Shown: piece by piece, positions 56,753-64,000 of the stretch
How the letters are laid out: each line of letters starts with the position of its first letter
How positions within the stretch are numbered: position 1 is the stretch's first letter
Source: an uncultured Flavobacteriales bacterium
GTDB taxonomy: Bacteria; Bacteroidota; Bacteroidia; Flavobacteriales; BACL11
Direction of reading: 5' to 3'
NCBI GenBank assembly: GCA_905478185.1
Contig: CAJQHO010000013.1
Coordinates: forward strand, 9,666-73,665
Length of the DNA: 64,000 nt
The notes under the pieces: model-generated
What the model was told of the DNA's origin: nothing
Seen by the model: the letters and a program-made list of their open reading frames with translations, nothing else
Databases searched by the model: none
Position numbers and translations under genes: made by a program

Positions 56753-58540
56753 TTATTTTTCATAAATCTTTTTGGATTTTGCCTTCCCAATCAATTTTTC
56801 TAATTCTTCCTTTTTAGCTTCCATTACTTTTTTAACTGAACCAAAATGAGAGATGAGTAGCTCCACTGTTTTTGGGCCTATTCCATCAATTTTATCCAAT
56901 GAAGTGCCAAGGATATCTTTTCCTCTTTGCTTGCGGTGATGCATAATGCCAAAGCGGTGGGCTTCATCTCGTAATTGCTGTATCAACTTCAAACTTTCTG
57001 ATCGTTTGTCTAAATATAACGGAACACTATCTCCAGGAAAATAGATTTCTTCCAAGCGTTTTGCAATTCCAATAATAGCTACTTTCCCTCTCAACTTTAA
57101 TTTGTCCAAACTTTTTACTGCTGAGCTTAATTGTCCTTTTCCCCCATCAACAACAATCAATTCTGGCAAAGTCTGCTGTTCATCCAAAAGGCGTTTGTAT
57201 CTTCTATACACCACCTCTTCCATACTTGCAAAATCATCAGGGCCAACAACCGTTTTAATATTAAAATGGCGATATTCTTTTTTGCTCGGCCTCGCATTTT
57301 TAAACACCACACAAGCAGCAACAGGGTTTGTGCCTTGTATGTTGGAATTATCAAAACACTCAATGTGTCTTGGGCGATTTATAAGGCGTAGATCTTTTTG
57401 CAACTGTTCTAAAATACGCTTATTGTCTTGCTTTTCAATGTTATTGATTTTGCGTTTTTGCTTGTCTAACTGCATGTATTTTGCATTCCTCAAACTCAGG
57501 TCAATTAGTTTTTTCTTGTCTCCAATTTTAGGGATAGTAATACTTAAGTCCTCCCATACATTTTCTAAGGAATGGGAACAATAGATAGTTTTTGACGTAC
57601 TCTCAAATCTTTGTCTAAGCTCAATAATTGCTAATTGCAATAACTCTTCTTCTGTTTCATTCAATTTTTTATTCAGTTCCAAAGTGTGTGCTTGAATAAT
57701 AGCTCCTGAATTTATCTTTAGATAATTTACAAAAGCAGTGTCTTCATCCGAAAGAATCGTAAACACATCCACATCATTAATCTTAGGATTTACAATGGTT
57801 GATTTTGCCTGATAGTTATTGAGTAAATCAATTTTATCTTTTACTGATTGAGCTTTTTCAAACTCCATTTTTTCAGAAAAATGAAGCATAGCTGTTTTTA
57901 AATGTTGCGTTACCGATTTGATATCTCCCTTGATAATTTGTTGGATATGTTCAATTCCCAATTGATATTCTTCAGTAGTTTGCTTGTCCTCACAAGGGCC
58001 TAAACAGTTTCCTATATGGTACTCCAAGCATACTTTGAATTTCTTTGCATAGATGTTTTTATCCGTTAAGCTTAGGCTACAATTTCTTAAAGGGTATAGT
58101 TGATGAAAGAAATCTAATAGCGTTTTTACCAAACGAACAGAAGTGTATGGTCCAAAATATGCTGAGCCATCTTTAATTACATTTCTTGTTTGGAAAATTC
58201 TTGGGAAGGGTTCGTTTTTTATGCAAATCCAAGGGTAAGTTTTCCCATCTTTTAAGGCAACATTGTATTTGGGTTGATGTTTTTTTATCAGATTATTTTC
58301 TAATAAAAGGGCATCAATTTCAGTAGGAACAACTACATATTTTATGTCGTGAATCTTACTGACAAGTACTTTTGTTTTTCCGTGTTCTTGTTTTTTGTTA
58401 AAGTAGGAACTTACTCTTTTTTTTAGGTTTTTTGCTTTTCCAACATATAATAAAGTTTCATTTTTATCATAGTAACGATAGACCCCTGCTTTTTCAGGGA
58501 TAAGTTTTAATAAGCCTTTTATGTGTTCGCTTGCGGGCAT
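56753..58540 (-). CDS. uvrC: Excinuclease ABC subunit C
   Basis: 595 aa with the GIY-YIG N-terminus (GVYRYYDKNETLLYVGKAKNLKKRV), a UvrBC-interaction region, the endonuclease domain (IECFDNSN..G...VA) and a C-terminal HhH (IDGIGPKT...L). Confidence 0.97.
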   Translation of the reverse strand: MPASEHIKGLLKLIPEKAGVYRYYDKNETLLYVGKAKNLKKRVSSYFNKKQEHGKTKVLVSKIHDIKYVVVPTEIDALLLENNLIKKHQPKYNVALKDGKTYPWICIKNEPFPRIFQTRNVIKDGSAYFGPYTSVRLVKTLLDFFHQLYPLRNCSLSLTDKNIYAKKFKVCLEYHIGNCLGPCEDKQTTEEYQLGIEHIQQIIKGDIKSVTQHLKTAMLHFSEKMEFEKAQSVKDKIDLLNNYQAKSTIVNPKINDVDVFTILSDEDTAFVNYLKINSGAIIQAHTLELNKKLNETEEELLQLAIIELRQRFESTSKTIYCSHSLENVWEDLSITIPKIGDKKKLIDLSLRNAKYMQLDKQKRKINNIEKQDNKRILEQLQKDLRLINRPRHIECFDNSNIQGTNPVAACVVFKNARPSKKEYRHFNIKTVVGPDDFASMEEVVYRRYKRLLDEQQTLPELIVVDGGKGQLSSAVKSLDKLKLRGKVAIIGIAKRLEEIYFPGDSVPLYLDKRSESLKLIQQLRDEAHRFGIMHHRKQRGKDILGTSLDKIDGIGPKTVELLISHFGSVKKVMEAKKEELEKLIGKAKSKKIYEK

Positions 58541-60843
58541 TATCTGCTTAGAACTACAACTTGTTTAAACCTTTCAGTTGTACAATCTTCACTAAAAACC
58601 TCCATCCAAATAATATACATTCCTGTTTCTAATTGTAGCCTATTTTCATCTGTCCCCTCCCAAGATTTACTTCCGGAATTTCCAATCATTTCATTATTTA
58701 TTAGGTTTTTTACTAACCTTCCATTATTATCAAAAACTTTGATTGTAGCCATTAAATTATTTTGGCTAAAGCTCCAATTTATCATTGTTACATCTTTGTT
58801 TCCATCATTGTTAGGGCTAAAGGATTTTGGATCAATATTCATTTCGCCAATACTCTGGCTGATGTAATGTTGTGAGTTTTTATAAGTTGGTGTGCCAAAA
58901 CCTTCTGTGCTTGCAGCCGAATGCCAATTGCTTGTATTTTGCGTTTCATTATTCTTATCTAATCGTTCTAAACTTACCCCATCCTCTCTTTCCAATAATG
59001 AAAAATGCATGTCTTCATGATAATAAAAAGCATCAATTATCTGGTTTAAGGATTGATGCACAATACAAATTGTTCCTTCTTTATTGGATAGGGTTGGCAT
59101 ACTTTCAATCTCAATAAAATTGTAAGGGTTTTCACAATTATATTGTGCTTTTACTTTTGATGAATCGTTAGTTAAAACCAAATAAGTATGGGGGGCAAAA
59201 AGCAATGTTTCTTCTGTAATAATTTTACTATTCTCAGAGCTTAACACTCCTCCAAATTCAAAGAAATTGGCTATTCGTAATTTTGATAAATCAAGAAATG
59301 AATTGGAGTTATTATAAATTTCTACATAATCTACTCCATCATCTTTTGGGTTAAACAGAATTTCATTTATGATGATATCATTTTCCAATGAGGAGTCTGG
59401 CATTCCAAATTGCATAGCATTAATAATGCTATTTCCTGAGCAATCAATCAAGCCATTTGCAGAAATTGTATAAGTAGTGGTTTCTAAAAAGTTAAAATTA
59501 AAAGTCAGGATTGTAGCATCAAAAAAGGGAGCAATTGGACTGCTATTTGTTGCTGTGTTTCCGTTAATTTTAAAAAATGAAGAATCTGACAAAAGCAAAG
59601 AATCTAAATTCTTATTAAAACTAACTTGCATTTTATTACTTCCTATTATATATGCATTTGTAATCCTGAAATCTGCAATATAAACATTTTCTCCCGAAAC
59701 AGAATTTTGCTTTCCAGGAGTTCCTCCAATATTAGAAATTGAAGCTCTCCAATTATGTTGTCTCTCACAATAAAGGTTTGAATTTGCCCTTTCAATACTC
59801 CAACCTCCCTCTGATTTATCCTCATTATTGTACCATTTATCAGAATATGAAATGGCATTTATAGTCTTCCCATTATTGTCTTTTAAAACAATATCTGCCC
59901 CTACATTTGTTAGAGAAATAGAAGAAAAACCGATTTTAGAAATATTGCTTGGAAAAGAATTAAGCGCATCTTCTTTTACTAAGAGCACGAAACTGTCTGG
60001 TTCAATTTTTGAAGTAGGAAAACCCTTTTCAGTTGTTTCAATTGTAATGATCCAATCTGTTAAATCAATTGTTGAGTTTGTATTATTGTAAAGTTCAATG
60101 TATTCAAATTCAGGAAGTCCAATTGATGGCGTTGGGTCAGCAAAAATTTCATTAATAATGATGTCATTTGCACTAATGTTTTGAGGTGTTGGCGGTACTA
60201 CTGAATCACCACTTACTATAAAATTATCAAACCAAAATTTATCAGCTCTTGTTGAGGTATACTTGCAATAAACTCCAAAATAGTCTGAAGGTAAAAGGAT
60301 ATTGTCAAAAGCAGTTCCTTCAGAAAAATAGATATTAGAAGTATCAGTAAAGAGTTCCCAATTCCCTATACTATCTCGAGTAACTTTTATTTTTAAATCT
60401 GGACTTATTGCTGCAATTCCTTCTATTCCGTTAATTAATAATTCATCAGTATCCCCTTCTTGCTTATAAAGCCTTATATTATCTGTTGCTCCAGTTTGAC
60501 CTCCTATTTGAATAAAAAAGCCATTTAAGTCTGCAGTTAAATTTTGATCATCAGCTGTTAAATAAACTTTAGCAAAGTTTGAACTTGAAGAGTTAAATTC
60601 TAGGCGAACATCAAACTCCCAAACAGCATTAATAGAAACATTACTTTCTGTTGCCAAAAAACTTTCCCCACTAATCGTATCATTTAAGTGCAATTTAAAA
60701 GTTGAATCTACTTCAAAAACACCAACACTCCCACTCCAAATGGGATTATTTGTAAACTCTCCATCCGAGAAATTGTCAAGAAATTGTGCGAATACTACTT
60801 GAGTAAAGGTGGTTAAGATAAAAAGTAGTAAGCATTTTCTCAT
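58540..60843 (-). CDS. Large secreted protein with two lamin-tail domains and a type B T9SS (CHU_C-like) C-terminal sorting domain
   Basis: Start moved to MRKCLLLFILTTFTQVVFAQ (signal peptide; ATG at 60843..60841). LTD motifs IIINEIFADPTP...EYIELYNNTNSTIDLTDW and IIINEILFNPKDDGVDYVEIYNNSNSFLDLSKL. C-terminal FSPNNDGNKDV...VFDNNGRLV...W.G......L..GMYIIWMEV....RFKQVVVLSR resembles the gliding-motility-associated C-terminal domain. Confidence 0.75.
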   Translation of the reverse strand: MRKCLLLFILTTFTQVVFAQFLDNFSDGEFTNNPIWSGSVGVFEVDSTFKLHLNDTISGESFLATESNVSINAVWEFDVRLEFNSSSSNFAKVYLTADDQNLTADLNGFFIQIGGQTGATDNIRLYKQEGDTDELLINGIEGIAAISPDLKIKVTRDSIGNWELFTDTSNIYFSEGTAFDNILLPSDYFGVYCKYTSTRADKFWFDNFIVSGDSVVPPTPQNISANDIIINEIFADPTPSIGLPEFEYIELYNNTNSTIDLTDWIITIETTEKGFPTSKIEPDSFVLLVKEDALNSFPSNISKIGFSSISLTNVGADIVLKDNNGKTINAISYSDKWYNNEDKSEGGWSIERANSNLYCERQHNWRASISNIGGTPGKQNSVSGENVYIADFRITNAYIIGSNKMQVSFNKNLDSLLLSDSSFFKINGNTATNSSPIAPFFDATILTFNFNFLETTTYTISANGLIDCSGNSIINAMQFGMPDSSLENDIIINEILFNPKDDGVDYVEIYNNSNSFLDLSKLRIANFFEFGGVLSSENSKIITEETLLFAPHTYLVLTNDSSKVKAQYNCENPYNFIEIESMPTLSNKEGTICIVHQSLNQIIDAFYYHEDMHFSLLEREDGVSLERLDKNNETQNTSNWHSAASTEGFGTPTYKNSQHYISQSIGEMNIDPKSFSPNNDGNKDVTMINWSFSQNNLMATIKVFDNNGRLVKNLINNEMIGNSGSKSWEGTDENRLQLETGMYIIWMEVFSEDCTTERFKQVVVLSR

Positions 60844-60858
60844 AGTCCGTAAATATAG

Positions 60859-60866
60859 TATTTTTG
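60859..60866 (+). promoter_or_regulatory. -7 promoter box (TATTTTTG), 18 nt upstream of asd
   Basis: Exact TAnnTTTG match within the 41-bp divergent spacer. A near-consensus TATATTTA (reverse complement of 60850..60857) faces the opposite gene. Confidence 0.4.
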
Positions 60867-60884
60867 GGGAGTAAAATAAACAAA

Positions 60885-61871
60885 ATGAGATTAGCAATAG
60901 TTGGAGTAACAGGAATGGTTGGCAGGGAAATGTTAGAGGTTCTTTCTGAAAGGGACTTTCCATTAAAAGAGTTGATTCCTGTAGCTTCCGCAAATTCATG
61001 CGGAAAGACTATAAATTATCTTGGGAAAGAGCATGAAATTATTTCATTAAATGACTTACTTGCTAGAAAAGTTGATTTAGCATTATTTTCTGCTGGGGGT
61101 AAAATTTCAAAAGAATGGGCACCAAAATTAGCTGAAAGAGGAATTAAAGTTATCGATAACTCTTCATTTTGGAGAATGTCAGAAAATCATAAATTGATAG
61201 TTCCAGAAATTAACGGGAAAGAACTAACCAATGAGGATATGATTATAGCTAATCCGAATTGCTCTACTATACAGCTGGTAATGGCTCTTGCGCCACTTCA
61301 TCAAAAATTTGGTATTAAAAGAGTAGTTGTCTCTACATATCAATCAATTAGCGGAACAGGTAAAAAAGCAGTTGAGCAATTAGAAAATGAAGAGAAAGGA
61401 GTGATTGTAGACATGGCTTATCCTCATCAAATTTACAAAAATGCTTTGCCACATTGTGATGTTTTTGAAGATAATGGGTACACTAAGGAGGAAATGAAAC
61501 TCACAAATGAAACCAAGAAAATTTTAGATGAATATATTGATGTTGTTGCAACTGCTGTCCGTATTCCAGTAGTTAGAGGGCATTCTGAAAGCGTAAATAT
61601 AACTTTTGAAAATGATTTTGATTTAGATGAAATTAGATTTGCATTAAATCAAATGGCCGGTGTAGTTGTGATGGATAAGCCACAAAAAAACGAATATCCA
61701 ATGCCAATAAATTCTTACAAAAAAGATGAAGTTTTTGTTGGGAGAATTAGAAGAGATTTTACTCAAAAAAACACCTTAAATATGTGGATAGTGGCTGATA
61801 ATTTAAGAAAAGGAGCTGCTACAAATACAGTGCAAATTGCTGAGTATTTAATTAAAAACAAGCTCCTATAA
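60885..61871 (+). CDS. asd: Aspartate-semialdehyde dehydrogenase
   Basis: Start moved to MRLAIVGVTGMVGREM. Contains IANPNCSTIQ (active-site Cys), SGTGKKA, R.PV..GHS and VADNLRKGAA. Confidence 0.95.
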   Translation: MRLAIVGVTGMVGREMLEVLSERDFPLKELIPVASANSCGKTINYLGKEHEIISLNDLLARKVDLALFSAGGKISKEWAPKLAERGIKVIDNSSFWRMSENHKLIVPEINGKELTNEDMIIANPNCSTIQLVMALAPLHQKFGIKRVVVSTYQSISGTGKKAVEQLENEEKGVIVDMAYPHQIYKNALPHCDVFEDNGYTKEEMKLTNETKKILDEYIDVVATAVRIPVVRGHSESVNITFENDFDLDEIRFALNQMAGVVVMDKPQKNEYPMPINSYKKDEVFVGRIRRDFTQKNTLNMWIVADNLRKGAATNTVQIAEYLIKNKLL

Positions 61872-62654
61872 ATGATTATTAGCCATAAATACAAGTTTGT
61901 TTTTATAGGATTACCATTCTCTGCTTCATCAGCAATTTCAAAAGAATTGTACTTGCAATATGAAGGAGCGCCATATTTAAGAAAACACTCGCTTTATCAT
62001 GAATTTGAAAAAGTAGCTACTAAAAATGAGAAAGATTATTTTGTTTTTGCTCTTCTTAGAAATCCAATGGAAATAGTTGTGACTGTTTATGAAAAGATGA
62101 AGGCAAATTCAAAAGGCAATTTCACTAACCCTGATTTATTTTCAGAAAATGGAGGGCATATCACCAAGAAGCATAGAGAAAAATTTAATTTTATTCATGA
62201 TAATAAAGCTAGCTTTCAAGAATATTTTTTAAATTTTTTTAAAAAGCCATTTGATAATTTTTCATCATTGACTTTAGATAATTGTGACTTTGTAATAAGG
62301 TATGAAAATATTGCAGAAGATTATATCTTAGCACTTGAAAAATCCGGTGTTTCAAACCCAAAACCCTTACCTGTAGCAAACAAAACAGCAGGAAAAAAGA
62401 AAGACCTTTCGTTATATTATTCTAATGAGATTAAAGACAGGACAATTAAAGTATTTGGCCCATTTTTATCAAAATATAATTACCCTTTTCTTGAAAGTTG
62501 GGGTGAGGTTAAAGTTCCTTTAAGTAGTAAATTACAATTTATGATTTTAGGGTTTTTAAGAAAGGTTAATCAAAAATACTTTAAGAAACTTCCGAACACC
62601 ACAGAGATTAAAGGTACAATTTATGGTGATATGCAAAGAGGAAAGCTTAACTAA
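61872..62654 (+). CDS. Sulfotransferase-family-like protein with a non-canonical 5'-PSB loop
   Basis: 260 aa. The block order KFVFIGLPFSASSAISKEL ... FALLRNPMEIVVTVY ... FVIRYENIAEDY...LP.ANKT ... resembles the bacterial sulfotransferase family 2/3 layout. PFSASS sits where P-K-x-G-T-S is expected. Confidence 0.5.
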   Translation: MIISHKYKFVFIGLPFSASSAISKELYLQYEGAPYLRKHSLYHEFEKVATKNEKDYFVFALLRNPMEIVVTVYEKMKANSKGNFTNPDLFSENGGHITKKHREKFNFIHDNKASFQEYFLNFFKKPFDNFSSLTLDNCDFVIRYENIAEDYILALEKSGVSNPKPLPVANKTAGKKKDLSLYYSNEIKDRTIKVFGPFLSKYNYPFLESWGEVKVPLSSKLQFMILGFLRKVNQKYFKKLPNTTEIKGTIYGDMQRGKLN

Positions 62655-63237
62655 ATTCTTTTCTGTAAAAAAGTAGAATCATAAAAATTCCAACTGAAAT
62701 TCCAGCATCAGCAATATTAAAAACAGGTCGGAAAAAGATAAAATGATCACCCCCCCATAATGGCATCCAAGCAGGGAAATGGGAATTTATCAGAGGAAAA
62801 TAAAACATATCTACAACCTTCCCATGAAGCAGAGGAGCATATCCTCCAGTTTCAGGTAAAAAAGCAGCCACATTGTTATAGCTTTCATTAAAGATTAGCC
62901 CATAGAAACAACTGTCTATTATATTCCCTATTGCACCACCAATAATTAGGCCTAAAGCAATTAATGAGCCGCTAGAAATTTGATTTTCTCTTACAATATC
63001 AATTACATATTTAATTCCAAATCCAACTACTATGATTCGAAACAATGTTAACATTGTTTTTCCTGTATAGCCTCCAAACTCCATTCCAAAAGCCATTCCG
63101 TTATTTTCAGTAAAGTGTATTATAAACCAATCAAAAATTTGAAATTCCTGACCTAAAAACATAGATGTTTTTATCCAAATTTTAAGAATTTGATCAAATA
63201 ATACTAAAAGAAATGTGGTGAAAAATATTTTTTTCAA
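62647..63237 (-). CDS. lspA: Lipoprotein signal peptidase II
   Basis: 196 aa with DQ..K, NNGMAFG, GGAIGN.IDS, VVDMF and FNIADAGISVG. Confidence 0.93.
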   Translation of the reverse strand: MKKIFFTTFLLVLFDQILKIWIKTSMFLGQEFQIFDWFIIHFTENNGMAFGMEFGGYTGKTMLTLFRIIVVGFGIKYVIDIVRENQISSGSLIALGLIIGGAIGNIIDSCFYGLIFNESYNNVAAFLPETGGYAPLLHGKVVDMFYFPLINSHFPAWMPLWGGDHFIFFRPVFNIADAGISVGIFMILLFYRKEFS

Positions 63238-63246
63238 AGCAAGGAT

Positions 63247-63621
63247 TTATTGAGCTTTTTTTGCCTCAATACTTAATGTGGCATGAGGAACCAAGTTCAA
63301 TCTTTCTTTGGCAATTAATTTACCTGTAACACGGCATATGCCATAAGTCTTGTTTTTGATTCTTAATAAAGCATTATTAAGATGTAAAATAAACTTTGCT
63401 TGTCTTTCAGCTAATTTAATATTTTCTTCTTTGGATAAAGTAGATGAGCCTTCCTCAAACTGTTTAAATGTTGGAGAGGTATCTTCCGTTCCATTATCAG
63501 AATCGTTTGCTGTTGCAGCTCTTAATATTTTTAAATCCTCTTCTGCACTTTCAATTTTTGCAAGTATTATTTTTTGGAATTTTTCTAATTCATCTGCTGA
63601 GTATGTTGTTTTTTCTGCCAT
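63247..63621 (-). CDS. DksA/TraR family C4-type zinc-finger-like protein
   Basis: 124 aa with an N-terminal coiled coil and C-terminal YGICRVTGKLIAKERL...P.AT.S. The ileS-dksA-lspA order is typical of Bacteroidota. Confidence 0.8.
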   Translation of the reverse strand: MAEKTTYSADELEKFQKIILAKIESAEEDLKILRAATANDSDNGTEDTSPTFKQFEEGSSTLSKEENIKLAERQAKFILHLNNALLRIKNKTYGICRVTGKLIAKERLNLVPHATLSIEAKKAQ

Positions 63622-63625
63622 AATT

Positions 63626-64000
63626 TTAATTTTTAATAATCAGAACTTTAGTTGAAATATTGTCAATTAACTCAATCTCAGAACCATTCATTATTGAATG
63701 CTCTTCAAAATCCAATTGTACAGCTAAAGTTTCATCACAAATATAAGCGAAATTATTCTTAATAGCAGCTGTTAAACTATCATTTTTTTCAACCTGTATT
63801 TTTACCTTGTCAGTAACTTTAAGACCACTATCCTTTCTTAAGTTTTGTATACGATTTATAAATTCTCTTGCCAAACCCTCCTCTCTCAATTCATCAGAAA
63901 GTGTAATATCCAATGCAACTGTTAAGCCATTATTTGTTGCAACTATACAGCCAGGAATGTCCTTGGATGTAATTTCAACATCAGAAATATCAATAGTAAT
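63626..64000 (-). CDS. ileS: Isoleucine--tRNA ligase, C-terminal fragment (the N-terminus lies beyond the window)
   Basis: The frame is open to the window edge. Own translation: ITIDISDVEITSKDIPGCIVATNNGLTVALDITLSDELREEGLAREFINRIQNLRKDSGLKVTDKV.., the conserved IleRS C-terminal region. Confidence 0.88.
   Translation of the reverse strand: MTIDISDVEITSKDIPGCIVATNNGLTVALDITLSDELREEGLAREFINRIQNLRKDSGLKVTDKVKIQVEKNDSLTAAIKNNFAYICDETLAVQLDFEEHSIMNGSEIELIDNISTKVLIIKN

Noticed and set aside
57102-57584. A 160-aa plus-strand ORF, with 57131..57391 and 57157..57363, inside uvrC
   Set aside because: It lies entirely antisense to or nested in a well-supported uvrC gene. The composition is low-complexity and Leu/Ser/Phe-rich, as is typical of shadow ORFs in AT-rich DNA, and I saw no promoter box or recognisable motif.
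1-64000. CRISPR arrays, IS elements or transposases, integrases, phage genes, toxin-antitoxin pairs, rRNA and riboswitch-like structured leaders
   Set aside because: I scanned the intergenic regions and the ORF list. I found no repeat-spacer periodicity, no transposase, integrase or phage hallmark motifs, and no GC-rich structured non-coding segments. Apart from the tRNA region, the only long spacer (23787..24337) is too AT-rich for a stable structured RNA.

Overview
AT-rich (by eye about one-third GC), tightly packed chromosomal segment that looks like a Flavobacteriia-type Bacteroidota genome. Support for that placement: T9SS/gliding genes (PorW/SprE-like, GldH), proteins with type A and type B T9SS C-terminal sorting domains, recurrent TAnnTTTG -7 promoter boxes, and an atpBEFHAG operon preceded by bactofilin and AtpZ. 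I call about 70 CDS and one tRNA-Asn(GTT). I saw no rRNA, CRISPR array, transposase, integrase or prophage genes. Most of the content is housekeeping: the ATP synthase operon, dxr-rseP, acpP-fabF-rnc, pyk, pgk, pheS, lysS, ileS (partial), uvrC, asd, lspA, purN, rnhA, rnr, PBP1A and scoAB. I found no convincing multi-gene novel system. The items worth a second look are: (1) a secreted alpha/beta hydrolase whose motif blocks match IsPETase/cutinase-type polyesterases, fused to a T9SS sorting domain; (2) a 551-bp, roughly 13% GC gene-free region with a recurring TTATTAAC word, upstream of a T9SS cargo protein carrying a WCGWCP thioredoxin-like motif; (3) three genes with coding lesions, namely rnc without a canonical start codon, a TauE/SafE permease with an in-frame TAA, and a NucS-like PD-(D/E)xK nuclease frameshifted in an A6 tract; (4) -7 promoter boxes only 4-10 nt from the ATG, which implies leaderless mRNAs; (5) several strong hairpins in informative positions, including atpE/atpF, inside the 5' end of rnc, and over a start codon. 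All product calls come from motif recognition by eye and from memory of the families. No database search was run.
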